This document shows positions 28,609 through 38,140 of a DNA stretch of 64,000 bases, one piece after another. The position numbers were made by a program, and so were the translations under genes. Below the pieces are notes generated by a model. It searched no databases, was not told where the DNA came from, and saw only the letters and a list, made by a program, of their open reading frames with translations. How positions within the stretch are numbered: position 1 is the stretch's first letter; every line of letters starts with the position of its first letter. The stretch is from NCBI GenBank assembly GCA_002362155.1, contig DETN01000131.1:641-64640 (forward strand), written 5' to 3'. This stretch comes from Lachnospiraceae bacterium UBA3287. GTDB taxonomy: Bacteria > Bacillota > Clostridia > Lachnospirales > Lachnospiraceae.

Positions 28609-29442
28609 TTATTCCACGACAGTCACGGAAGTGATGTGAGGGTTGGGGCCTTCATACCAGTAGAGGAAGCCTTCCATATCGATCTTCTGACCGATCTCCA
28701 GAGCCTTGACAGCTTCATAAACGTCGGTGCCGGCGCCTGTCAGATAGGACTCTACGGTGAAGGAATAGGTGTTGGTTCCATCTGTTACGTTGAAGTAAAG
28801 GTCGTCGCCGTCATTGCCGGAGCCGTCCCACTTGTAAAGGTAAGCGACTTCATTGCCGTCGGGATCGGTGGAGGGAGCTACGGTCAGGCCCTTGAAGGCT
28901 GCGAAGTAGTTCATGTAAGTCTCCAGATCGTCAGTGCCCAGAGCTGCGGTCACATCGGTGGCCTCTGCGATATAGGGCTCGGCGTCAATGACTTCATAGG
29001 ACTGCACGTCACTGATCTCCACTTCGCCGGAGAAGACTGCCTTGTAGCCGGAGACGCGGATCTTGGTTCCGGGAACCAGAGCTTCGTTGTCTTCCTCGGA
29101 GATGGGCATGTTGTAGATAAAGTAAGCGCCTTCTTCGTTCTGTGTGTACATGGTAACGGCGCCGTCCCACCAGCCCTGCTTGGCCTGTACATAGGTCTCG
29201 ACGGTCACGGGATCGTCTACCTCTGCTGCCATGAAATCGGCATAGGACATGACCTCTGCTGCTGCAGTTTCTTCCGCAGGAGCCTCTTCTTCCGCAGGGG
29301 CTTCTTCGGCGGTTTCTTCAGCAGGTGCTTCTTCTTCCGTCTTTTCCTCGGCTGCGGGCTCAGCTGCGGGCTTGGATCCGCCGCAGGCTGTCAGGCCAAG
29401 GACCAGGGATGCTGTAAGCAGTACAACCAGTTTCTTTTTCAT
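28609..29442 (-). CDS. Lipoprotein with two predicted OB-fold domains
   Basis: Lipobox LTAC, EEAPA linker, VTVETYV...MYTQNEEGAYFIY...LVPGTKIRVSG....FSGEVEI and LEIGQKIDMEGFLYWYEG patterns. Confidence 0.75.
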   Translation of the reverse strand: MKKKLVVLLTASLVLGLTACGGSKPAAEPAAEEKTEEEAPAEETAEEAPAEEEAPAEETAAAEVMSYADFMAAEVDDPVTVETYVQAKQGWWDGAVTMYTQNEEGAYFIYNMPISEEDNEALVPGTKIRVSGYKAVFSGEVEISDVQSYEVIDAEPYIAEATDVTAALGTDDLETYMNYFAAFKGLTVAPSTDPDGNEVAYLYKWDGSGNDGDDLYFNVTDGTNTYSFTVESYLTGAGTDVYEAVKALEIGQKIDMEGFLYWYEGPNPHITSVTVVE

Positions 29443-29553
29443 ATCTTTTTCCTTTCCGGCCGCTTTCAGCGGCCTCTCCTTTGATCGCCGGCCGCTCCCC
29501 CTGGGGATCAGCCGTGTCACATGTAAACCCGATCTGTCAGGTTTACATCTTCA

Positions 29554-29582
29554 GTTATAAGGACTTTGGAGGAATCCGTCAA
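29554..29582 (-). promoter_or_regulatory. Sigma-A promoter for the OB-fold lipoprotein gene
   Basis: Minus strand TTGACG-N17-TATAAC; perfect 9-bp inverted repeat immediately downstream (29521-29548). Confidence 0.7.
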
Positions 29583-29602
29583 CCGCAATCCCCGTTAATC
29601 CC

Positions 29603-31222
29603 TTACTTTCCGCCGCCTTTTGCCCTGGTCTGCCGGTAGTCCCTGAGCACGTAGAGGCCGATCAGGATCCAGGCCAGGACCAGGGTGCCGATCAGAGCCT
29701 TGGAGCCCGCGGGCAGGGGGCCCAGATCCTTTTTGCCGCCGGATCCTTCGCTGGTCACGATCTGGTCCAGACGGTACAGGGAGGTGACAGAGGAGAAAAG
29801 CTCCTTCATGTACTTGTCGTCCACCTTCTCCTTGCGGCGTTCGGACTTGGTCACATTTTCGATCAGCTGGCCCGCCGCGTCTCTGAGGGAGGCGGAGCCG
29901 TTGAAGACGGGAGTGGTAAAGGTATTGGCGATGTTGTCGATCAGAAGCTGTGTGGCATCGATCTTGACCTGGTAGTGGTCCGTATTGTCCTCGCCGCCCC
30001 GGTTAAGATAGTCCTGATATTCCTCCGCCTGCTGGGCCTTCAGGGTGACCGGTACATAGCCTTCGGTCTCCGCATAGGCGATCTGAACGTCGTTGGTCAG
30101 CAGGTACTGGGTGAAGAGCCAGGAGGCCAGGACTTCCTGATGGTCTTCCTTGTTGAAGATACATACGGAAGGGCCCTGGGAGATCATCTTCGGATGTTCG
30201 GGATCGAACTGGGGCACGGTCATGACCTGCGTCTCGAATTTCACCAGCTTGTCCGCCGCGATGTCCACCAGAGGAGCCTCGCTCCCCATCCAGGTGGATC
30301 CGGCGGTGGAGTCCACCGCAAAGATACACTGGCCGGCGTTGAGGAAGTTGGCCGGATAGCCGCCGATCTTGAAGGTGGAGAAGGCTTTTGTTCTGGCATG
30401 CTCGCCGATGGTATAAAGAAGATCCTTTGTGTCGTCGTTGAAGATCTGGATCTCTCCCCCGTCCGTGGAATAGGGAGCGTCCTTCTGGGCCAGCATCTGG
30501 ATCATCATGTTGTCGGTGGACTTATAGATGAAGGGGATCAGGACGTTCTGTCCGTTGACCTTGAAGCTGCCGGACTTATCCTTTTCCATGGCCGCCTCGG
30601 ACACCTCCCAGACAAAGTCCCAGGTCAGGGTCTCGGGCAGTTCAAAGCCCAGTTTCTCCACGTAGGTCTTATTGACATAGCAGGCTTCGGTGGACCGCAT
30701 GTAGGGCAGGGCGTAGTAGACCCCGCCGATGGTGCACTCGTCCAGGAATTCCGGCACCACCTCGTCCTTGGAAGGCCCGTCAAAGAGGACCCCGGCCCCG
30801 CCCAGACCGTATTTTTCATCGGTCAGCAGGTTGTCCAGAGGGACCACCACGTTCTCGCCGGTCAGGTAGGTGGCGATGTGGTCCGGATAGGAAATACAGA
30901 CATTGGGGGTGGTGTTGGTGGAAATATTGGTGATGACGTCGTTGTAAATGGTGCCGTAGTCCGTATAGGTACGGATATTCACATGGATGTTGGGGTAGTA
31001 GGACTCAAAGTCCTTTATGGCCTTTTCATAGATCTTGACCTGGGTCTTGTTGGTATCGTTCTTGGCCCAGAAGGTAATGTTGTAGTCCCTGGAGGTGTCG
31101 AACTCTTCGGGCAGCTCAAAGGACACACGCCTGGCAGATCCGTGGCAGCCTGTCAGCAGAATGCCGCATACAAGAACCAGCGCCAGCATAAGGGGCAGAA
31201 ATCTTCTTCCGGTCTTTTTCAT
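29603..31222 (-). CDS. CUT1 ABC solute-binding lipoprotein with extra C-terminal TM anchor
   Basis: Lipobox LLTGC, ITFW, PNVCISYPDH, YYALPYMRSTE, QGPSVCIF, GYVPV; hydrophobic C-terminal helix with basic tail. Confidence 0.88.
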   Translation of the reverse strand: MKKTGRRFLPLMLALVLVCGILLTGCHGSARRVSFELPEEFDTSRDYNITFWAKNDTNKTQVKIYEKAIKDFESYYPNIHVNIRTYTDYGTIYNDVITNISTNTTPNVCISYPDHIATYLTGENVVVPLDNLLTDEKYGLGGAGVLFDGPSKDEVVPEFLDECTIGGVYYALPYMRSTEACYVNKTYVEKLGFELPETLTWDFVWEVSEAAMEKDKSGSFKVNGQNVLIPFIYKSTDNMMIQMLAQKDAPYSTDGGEIQIFNDDTKDLLYTIGEHARTKAFSTFKIGGYPANFLNAGQCIFAVDSTAGSTWMGSEAPLVDIAADKLVKFETQVMTVPQFDPEHPKMISQGPSVCIFNKEDHQEVLASWLFTQYLLTNDVQIAYAETEGYVPVTLKAQQAEEYQDYLNRGGEDNTDHYQVKIDATQLLIDNIANTFTTPVFNGSASLRDAAGQLIENVTKSERRKEKVDDKYMKELFSSVTSLYRLDQIVTSEGSGGKKDLGPLPAGSKALIGTLVLAWILIGLYVLRDYRQTRAKGGGK

Positions 31223-32088
31223 CCCTTGATACCTCCTCTCGAAACGCCTGCCATGATCTTTTTGCGGAAGATCAGGAAGAGAACGATCAGCGGCACGGAA
31301 ATGGCCACCACGGCCGCCATCATGGCCGGCACGTTTTCACGGCCGAAGCCGTTCTGACGGATCTCCTGGATGCCGTTGGAGACCAGGTAGTAGGCCTCGT
31401 CGTCGGTGATCAGTCTGGGCCACACATAGGAATTCCAGCACTCGATGACCTTGAGGATGATGATGGTGATCAGGGTGGGACGGCAGATGGGCAGCATGAC
31501 CTTGAACAGATATTTGAGGTCGCTGGTCCCGTCCACCTTGGCCGCATAGTAGAGCTCGTCCGGCACCTGGAGGAAATTCTCCCGCAGGAGGTAGATATAG
31601 AAGACCGAGGTAATGGAGGGCAGGATCAGACCGGTGAAGGTATTGCGCAGCCCTGCGTTGGTAATGGTCTGGAAGTTGGTGATGATAACCAGCTCGTTGG
31701 GGATCATCATCAGGGACAGGAAGAGGGTGAAAAGCAGGTCCTTGCCTCTGAATTCCAGTCTTGCGAAGGCATAGGCCGCCAGGGTGATGACGATGATCAT
31801 GGCCCCGGTGGTAATGAGGGTGAAGATCAGGGTATTGAGGAAATACCGGCTCAGGTTGACGGTGGTAAAGGCGTCCACGTAGTTCTGGAAGGTGGGACTT
31901 GCGCTGTAGAGCTTGGGCACCCACTCCGAGGAATACTCGCTGTAGCTCTTGATGGAGGTCAGGATCATCCAGTAGAAGGGGAAGAGAACCATAAGGGCCC
32001 AGAAGCCCAGGAGGACGTAGACCGCGATATTCAGCGCTCTGGTGCGGGCAGAGGCATTCTTTTTGATCTGATCGTAGGAATTATCCAT
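31219..32088 (-). CDS. CUT1 ABC permease (MalG/UgpE-like)
   Basis: FPFYWM..TS.K, AAYAFARL.F.GK, VPDELYYAAKVDG, WNSYVWP. Confidence 0.92.
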   Translation of the reverse strand: MDNSYDQIKKNASARTRALNIAVYVLLGFWALMVLFPFYWMILTSIKSYSEYSSEWVPKLYSASPTFQNYVDAFTTVNLSRYFLNTLIFTLITTGAMIIVITLAAYAFARLEFRGKDLLFTLFLSLMMIPNELVIITNFQTITNAGLRNTFTGLILPSITSVFYIYLLRENFLQVPDELYYAAKVDGTSDLKYLFKVMLPICRPTLITIIILKVIECWNSYVWPRLITDDEAYYLVSNGIQEIRQNGFGRENVPAMMAAVVAISVPLIVLFLIFRKKIMAGVSRGGIKG

Positions 32089-32104
32089 CTGTATGCCTCC
32101 CTTC

Positions 32105-32995
32105 TTAATAGTGGACATGCTTCCTGGAGACCAGGAGGTTGATGCATGTGATGGTCAGGACGATGGCAAAGAGGACGATGGCCGCCGAGGACGCGTAGGA
32201 GGGATATCCGCCCGAATCCCCGTAGAGCATGTCGTAGATGTAGCCGACGATGGTGTTCATTTCGGCCGCGTTCAGGTCGGTGCCGAAGAGGGCGACCGCA
32301 TCCGAGTAGGCCTTGAAGGCCCCGATAAAGCCCGTGATGACCAGGTAAAAGATGGTCGGGGAGATCATGGGCAGGGTGATCTTGAAGAAGATCCTGGATC
32401 TGGAGGTCCCGTCCACTCTGGCGGCGTTGTAATAGTCCTGGTTGACCGATGCCAGGGCGCCGGTCAGGAGCAGGATCTTGAAGGGCATGACGATCCAGAT
32501 GGTATAGAGGCACAGGACGAACATCTTGGCCCAGTAGGGACCGTCGATCCAGTCCACGGCGGATCCGCCGAAGAAGCCTATGATGTTGTTGATGAAGCCG
32601 TCCGAATAGGGGGTCTTCTGGAAAAGGATCATGAAGACCAGACCGACTGCCAGGGTGTTTGTCACGTAGGGCAGGAAAAAGATGGTCTGGAAAGCGTCCT
32701 TTAAGACCTTGATGGAACTGAGGGCGGCCGAGATCAGAAGCGCGATGCCGGTGGAAAGGGGCACCGTGATAATGACCAGAAGGAAGGTATTCTTCAGGGC
32801 CTGCAGGAAATAGGGATCGTGCAGGACATAGGAATAGTTGTAGGCGCCTACGCCGAAAGAGGTCTGGGACGCCGAATTGTATCCTTCCTCAAAGGAATAG
32901 ATAAAAACGTCGATCAGGGGATATACCATGAACACGCCCAGGAAAAGGATGGCGGGCAGCAGGTATAACCAGGCCTTATTGCTTTTATAATCCAT
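32105..32995 (-). CDS. CUT1 ABC permease (MalF/UgpA-like)
   Basis: YLLPA, FFLPYVT, YYNAARVDG, FFKITLPMISP. Confidence 0.92.
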   Translation of the reverse strand: MDYKSNKAWLYLLPAILFLGVFMVYPLIDVFIYSFEEGYNSASQTSFGVGAYNYSYVLHDPYFLQALKNTFLLVIITVPLSTGIALLISAALSSIKVLKDAFQTIFFLPYVTNTLAVGLVFMILFQKTPYSDGFINNIIGFFGGSAVDWIDGPYWAKMFVLCLYTIWIVMPFKILLLTGALASVNQDYYNAARVDGTSRSRIFFKITLPMISPTIFYLVITGFIGAFKAYSDAVALFGTDLNAAEMNTIVGYIYDMLYGDSGGYPSYASSAAIVLFAIVLTITCINLLVSRKHVHY

Positions 32996-33006
32996 CTTTT
33001 TCCTCC

Positions 33007-34110
33007 TTACCTGTTTCTGGTGACCCGGATCCGCTCTTCCGTTTCCTTACTGAACAGATGGACCTTCTCCGGCTTTAAGGCAAAGCGGATGATGCCGCCT
33101 TCGGGCTCCACCTTATTGGAGGAGTCGATGATGGAGCGGATGGTGGGATTTTCGGAGGCGTCGGAATAGGAAACGATGGAGATATCGCGGCCCATGACCT
33201 CCACAGCACCGAACCTTACCTGGAAAGATCCCTGGTCATGGAGAATAAAGCCCTCGGGACGGATGCCCACGTAGACCTCCTGGTCGGATACGCCGGGAAC
33301 GTCCAGGACCTGGCTGCCGTCGATATAGAGCTTTTCTCCCTTTACGGTCCCCGTGAATACGTTGATGGGGGGAGTGCCCAGGAACTTGGCCACGAAAAGA
33401 TTGACCGGATCGTCATAGACCTCCTGGGGCTTTCCGATCTGCTGGATCACGCCCAGCTTCATGACGATGATCATGTCGGAGATGGACATGGCCTCTTCCT
33501 GGTCATGGGTAACAAAGATGGTGGTGACTTTGGTCTCGGTCTGGATCCTGCGGATCTCTTCTCTGGTCTGGAGGCGGAGTCTGGCGTCCAGGTTGGACAG
33601 GGGCTCGTCCAGAAGAAGGACTCTGGGGGTCTTGACCAGGGCTCTGGCAATGGCCACGCGCTGCTGCTGGCCGCCGGAGAGCTCGGAGGGACGGCGGTCC
33701 ATGAAAGGCTCGATCTGGACCAGCTTTGCCGCTTCCATGGCCTTGGCTTCCATGGCCTGCTTTGTCATCTTCTGGTCCCCCTTGAGGTTCTCCAGAGGGA
33801 ATACGATGTTCTGGCGGACTGTCAGATGCGGATAGAGAGCATAGTTCTGGAAGACCATGCCCACGCCCCTGTTCTCCGGAGGCAGATCCGTGACATCCTC
33901 GTCTCCGAAGAAGATCTTTCCTTCCGAAGGCCTCTGCAGACCGCAGATCAGACTCAGGCATGTGGACTTGCCGCAGCCGGAGGGGCCCAGCAGACCGATC
34001 AGCTTGCCGTCGGGAATTTCAAAATTGAAATTGTTGACGGCAATGACGTCATCGCCCTTGCGGTTGCGGTTGGGAAACCGTTTTGTCAGATTCTCTAATA
34101 CGACTTTCAT
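33007..34110 (-). CDS. CUT1 ABC ATP-binding protein (MalK/UgpC-like)
   Basis: GPSGCGKST, VFQNYALYPH, LSGGQQQR, LLDEPLSNLDA, GIRPE. Confidence 0.95.
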   Translation of the reverse strand: MKVVLENLTKRFPNRNRKGDDVIAVNNFNFEIPDGKLIGLLGPSGCGKSTCLSLICGLQRPSEGKIFFGDEDVTDLPPENRGVGMVFQNYALYPHLTVRQNIVFPLENLKGDQKMTKQAMEAKAMEAAKLVQIEPFMDRRPSELSGGQQQRVAIARALVKTPRVLLLDEPLSNLDARLRLQTREEIRRIQTETKVTTIFVTHDQEEAMSISDMIIVMKLGVIQQIGKPQEVYDDPVNLFVAKFLGTPPINVFTGTVKGEKLYIDGSQVLDVPGVSDQEVYVGIRPEGFILHDQGSFQVRFGAVEVMGRDISIVSYSDASENPTIRSIIDSSNKVEPEGGIIRFALKPEKVHLFSKETEERIRVTRNR

Positions 34111-34274
34111 AAGCTTTTCCTTTCTCCCCGTAGATTTGGAAGCTGGTGGTTTTATGAAGCATCAGCAGAGCAACGCTTCACACGGATAAATTATATCACG
34201 AACAGGGACGTCTGACATAAAAAAGAATGCCCGGTCCGCGGCACTTCCGGCCGGGATCGGGCATATTTCGTCCA

Positions 34275-34838
34275 TTACTGTTTTATCGTCTTCTCAGAGT
34301 CAGGAAAGTACTTCTCCAGCAGCCTGTCTGCCACTCTCTCGGGAGGGTCGCCTTCCATATCAAAGATTTTTATGACAGGGATACTTTTATGTTCTGTTGT
34401 GTAGTGAATCAGATCCTCGAAAATATGCATCCTTTTACTGAGTATGTCCAGTCTCTCTGCTATGTCGTAATCTTCGAAGTCTTTCCCGTCTTCATCGGCC
34501 AGGCCGAACCTGGAATATATATTCTGAGGCAGGTCATACAGTTCCACGGAAAGTACGTCGGGTCCGTAGAGCTTTTCTTTAAAAAATTCCGGATCGGTCA
34601 GGGGCGTGACCGACAGGACCAGATTCTCATTCTTTCTCATGAGTTTTCTGATCATCACGCCCCGTTTCCTGTCCCTTTCCCCGGGAGACACGGTCTTTTC
34701 AAATTCCTCCATGCTGATCCCGTATTTTTTCCCGATCTGGTCATCCAGATCAAAGAAGGGGATCCCCAGCCTCCGGGCCAGAAGTTCTCCTATGACGCCC
34801 TTTCCCATGCACTCCGGGCCAAACAGCAGAATCTTCAT
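34275..34838 (-). CDS. Shikimate/nucleotide-kinase-like P-loop protein
   Basis: MKILLFGPECMGKG...LARRLGIPFFDLD; degenerate P-loop. Confidence 0.7.
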   Translation of the reverse strand: MKILLFGPECMGKGVIGELLARRLGIPFFDLDDQIGKKYGISMEEFEKTVSPGERDRKRGVMIRKLMRKNENLVLSVTPLTDPEFFKEKLYGPDVLSVELYDLPQNIYSRFGLADEDGKDFEDYDIAERLDILSKRMHIFEDLIHYTTEHKSIPVIKIFDMEGDPPERVADRLLEKYFPDSEKTIKQ

Positions 34839-35281
34839 ACATGACTCCTTTCTTTCCGGCTTAAAATCTCTCCCTCCAGAGAGAGGATATCCTCCAGGGG
34901 GATCTTTGTTCCATCCGCAAACATCAGACATTTTTCAACGGGATCGATCCGCCGGATCCTCCCCGCCATCTCTTCGTAGGATCCGCCTTCCTTCAAGGGA
35001 TCCGCCAGAAAATATGTCACCTGAACCAAGGGCCTCTCCGGAAGATGCTCCTCAAGGATCTTCAGCTGCCTGTCCAGGTCTTCCCTCTCCTCTTCCGACA
35101 GTTCGATCCTTCTCTCTGTCAGCCGGGCCGTTTCCGCCACGGCCTCCTCATGCCCTGTCAGGGCCCGGAAGGGCATGAACTGGGCAGCCCTCTTTTCCAT
35201 GTCCATGGGAGGGTGCTTCTGCGATACATGATGAGGCAGATCAATGATGTCCTCATAAGGACTTTTTCCTTCTTCTGTCAT
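34835..35281 (-). CDS. YolD-like protein (accessory to the Y-family polymerase)
   Basis: YEDIIDLPHH.S..HP.M....RAAQF.PF.AL.G; coupled to the upstream polymerase. Confidence 0.88.
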   Translation of the reverse strand: MTEEGKSPYEDIIDLPHHVSQKHPPMDMEKRAAQFMPFRALTGHEEAVAETARLTERRIELSEEEREDLDRQLKILEEHLPERPLVQVTYFLADPLKEGGSYEEMAGRIRRIDPVEKCLMFADGTKIPLEDILSLEGEILSRKERSHV

Positions 35282-36837
35282 GCCTTATGGCCTCCGATCT
35301 GGCTGTTGCGCTCTCTTGCGGTGGCCCCTTCCTGCAGATCCGCTGCCCGAAGGACTGCATTCTTCCCGAACTTCTTCTGCAGGGCAAGGACCGCCTCCTG
35401 GGCCTTCTTTTCCTTCAGGAGCCTTTTCTCTTCCTTCTCCCGAAGGCTCTGGTCCGGAGCCTCATCTCCGCCCTCCCCCATGCCGAAATCGGCAAAGAGG
35501 TCCATCTGTTCATAGACCGTTTCCCCGCTCCCGGCGGCGCTCTTTTCCACATGCACCGCCGTCAGGTAGATCCGCTTGGAAAGGAGGGAGGGATCCATGA
35601 TCCTTTTAAAAAGCTTCATGACCGCCTCCGATATCTGATCGGAGGAAGAGGTAGGCCTTTTCAGGTTTACGGTCCCGCGGGCGGGCTTTGGAACCCGTAT
35701 GCCGTAGAAGCTGTCCGAGATCTCCCCCTGATACGTCCCTCCCATTTCCGGAAGATTGGCCCTGTCAAAGCCTATGTAGAGAACGATCCTGTCCGTCACA
35801 AGGCCCTTTTCCATCAGGTGGAGGGAGAGATTTCTTGCCATCTCCCGGACCACAATGCCTGTCCTCCGATAATCCGAAGGGCAGTCCAGGACCTGGCCCT
35901 CTCCCACCGAGGAGGACTCGGGCACAAAGGCTTTGATCTCCTTCATGGTGCATGGCTCCCAGCCCCAGGCATGGTCTATGAGAAGCTCTGCGTTTACTCC
36001 GAAAAGCTTATAGAGCAGGTCTTCGTTGTAATAATCCGTTTCCCTTCCCAGAGAGCACCTGGCAATGTCCCCCATGGTATAAAGGCCGCAGCCCTCCAGT
36101 TTTCTCTGGGTCCCTTTTCCCACCCGCCAGAAATCCGTCAGGGGCATATGGGTCCACAGAAGGCGGCGGTAGGTCATCTCGTCCAGAGAAGCGATGCGGA
36201 CCCCGTCCTCATCAGCGGGGATGTGCTTTGCCACGATGTCCATGGCCACCTTGGCCAGATAGAGATTGGTCCCGATCCCGGCCGTGGCAGTAATGCCGGT
36301 AGAAGCATAGACGTCCCCTATGATCCGTCTGGCCAGTTCATGGGGGGTGGTCTCCAGGGCCGGCAGATAGTCCGTCACATCCATGAAGATCTCGTCGATG
36401 GAATAGACATGGATGTCCTCGGGGGCGGCATATTTGAGATAGATCTGATAGATCCTGGTGGAATAGTCCATGTAGAGGGCCATGCGGGGCACGGCCGTCA
36501 GATAGGACAGTTCCAGAGAAGGATCCGCGGAGAGCTTTTCCTGATCGCAGGAGTCTCCCTGAAAGGCTCCTCCCGCCGCTCGGCGTCTTCCCTCGTTGAT
36601 CTTTTTCACCTTCTGCACCACCTCAAAGAGGCGGCAGCGGCCGGGAAGGCCATAGGCTTTCAGGGAGGGAGAGACCGCCAGGCAGATGGTCTTTTCGGTC
36701 CGGGAAGGATCCGCCACCACCAGATGAGTGGTCAGGGGGTCCAGTCCCCTCTCCCTGCATTCCACGGAGGCATAGAAGGACTTGAGGTCAATGGCGATAT
36801 AGGTCCTGTCTGCTTTCTGCACAGACTTCTGATCCAT
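35278..36837 (-). CDS. Y-family error-prone DNA polymerase (UmuC/ImpB/UvrX-like)
   Basis: YIAIDLKSFYASVEC, YSIDE, GIGTNLYLAK, DFWRVG, C-terminal KFGKNA and RNSQIGGHKA; GGAGG RBS. Confidence 0.93.
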   Translation of the reverse strand: MDQKSVQKADRTYIAIDLKSFYASVECRERGLDPLTTHLVVADPSRTEKTICLAVSPSLKAYGLPGRCRLFEVVQKVKKINEGRRRAAGGAFQGDSCDQEKLSADPSLELSYLTAVPRMALYMDYSTRIYQIYLKYAAPEDIHVYSIDEIFMDVTDYLPALETTPHELARRIIGDVYASTGITATAGIGTNLYLAKVAMDIVAKHIPADEDGVRIASLDEMTYRRLLWTHMPLTDFWRVGKGTQRKLEGCGLYTMGDIARCSLGRETDYYNEDLLYKLFGVNAELLIDHAWGWEPCTMKEIKAFVPESSSVGEGQVLDCPSDYRRTGIVVREMARNLSLHLMEKGLVTDRIVLYIGFDRANLPEMGGTYQGEISDSFYGIRVPKPARGTVNLKRPTSSSDQISEAVMKLFKRIMDPSLLSKRIYLTAVHVEKSAAGSGETVYEQMDLFADFGMGEGGDEAPDQSLREKEEKRLLKEKKAQEAVLALQKKFGKNAVLRAADLQEGATARERNSQIGGHKA

Positions 36838-36891
36838 GATGTCCTCCTTCCTCATAAGATCCTTCTCCCTGCCGGAGAGGGGCAGTTAAAT

Positions 36892-37710
36892 TCATAACAG
36901 TTCCGTAACAGAAGCCAGGGAGGGAAGAATGATATCCGGGCAGTAATCATACTTTTCCAGATCCTCCATCTTTGTTTCCCCCGTCAGGACCATGACAGAC
37001 AGAGCCTTCGTTCCATTCGCGATGGCGATGTCCGTATAGATTCGGTCCCCCACAAAGCAGAGCTCTTCCTCCCTGCAGCTGGTCTGATCCATGACATAGT
37101 CAAAGGCGTGGCGGGTGGGCTTTCCGAAGAATTCGGGCCACCTGCCGGTGGAAGCCTCCACCATCTTTGCCATGGATCCGCAGTCAGGGATATATTCCCC
37201 TCCCGACATGGGACAGTTCCAGTCGGGATTGACCCCGTAGTAGACGGCTCCGTGGCGGACGAAGTGACAGGCCTTTGCCATCTTTTCGTAGGTCAGGGTC
37301 TTGTCAAAGCCCAGGATCACCGCATCGGGGTTTTTATCGTCCCGGGAAATGCCCGCATCGTCAAAAGCCTTTTCCAGGTTGGGGGTCCCCACCACGTAGC
37401 AGGTCATGCCGGGATGTTTTTCTTTTATATAACGGATGATGACGTGGGTGGATATGAAGATCATCTCCGGACTTACGTCGATCCCCATGCGGGAGAGCTT
37501 TTTCACGTAGTCTCCGTGATTGGCGGAGGAGTTGTTGGTAAAAAAGCAGTAGTCCCTGCCGGTCTCCCGGGCCCTTTTTAAAAAGTCCAGGGTAAAGGGA
37601 AAGATATCGTTCTCCAGATAAATGGTCCCGTCCATATCCAGGACAAAGCACCGGATCCCCCGGAGCCTTTCCCTGATTTCTTCTGTGGTCATCGGAATGT
37701 AACGGCTCAT
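36892..37710 (-). CDS. HAD-IIA (NagD-like) phosphatase
   Basis: FVLDMDGTIY, TNNSS, NPD, GKP, VGDRIYTDI, VLTGET. Confidence 0.93.
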   Translation of the reverse strand: MSRYIPMTTEEIRERLRGIRCFVLDMDGTIYLENDIFPFTLDFLKRARETGRDYCFFTNNSSANHGDYVKKLSRMGIDVSPEMIFISTHVIIRYIKEKHPGMTCYVVGTPNLEKAFDDAGISRDDKNPDAVILGFDKTLTYEKMAKACHFVRHGAVYYGVNPDWNCPMSGGEYIPDCGSMAKMVEASTGRWPEFFGKPTRHAFDYVMDQTSCREEELCFVGDRIYTDIAIANGTKALSVMVLTGETKMEDLEKYDYCPDIILPSLASVTELL

Positions 37711-37880
37711 GCTGACGCCTCCCTGCGCTGATACTGAAGGCATTATAGCATGAAGAGGGGCTTTTCCCACCTGCAGGCAGCGAAAAAATGCCCGGGGAAA
37801 AAGTCCCCCGGGCAGGATAGTGCGGATCTGACGGTTTTTTAAGGAGAAAGCGGCCGGGATCCGGGCCATGCGGCCTTGTG

Positions 37881-38117
37881 TCATGCGATGGGATCAAAGC
37901 CTCTGGCGGCGATGTAGGCCTCCGTCAGAGAAGTGGCGATGCGGCCCGGATTCTTATGGGTCTGGCCCAGGCATACCACCCTGTCAAAGGCTTTCTTCCA
38001 GGTCCTGATCATTTCCCTGTCGGTCCGGTTCCCAAGGGCCAGGACAACGAAATCGGCAGGGATCTCCTCATCCTTTCCTTCCGCAAGGTTTTCGTCGAAA
38101 GAAGTTTTATCAGCCAT
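37881..38117 (-). pseudogene. C-terminal remnant of an NADH:flavin (OYE/BaiH-type) FAD-dependent oxidoreductase
   Basis: EEIPADFVVLALGNR...VVCLGQ...PGRIATSLTEAYIAA matches the end of such enzymes; no upstream domain, mmuM ends just before. Confidence 0.6.
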
Positions 38118-38140
38118 ATAAAAATCCGGGGCGGATCTCT

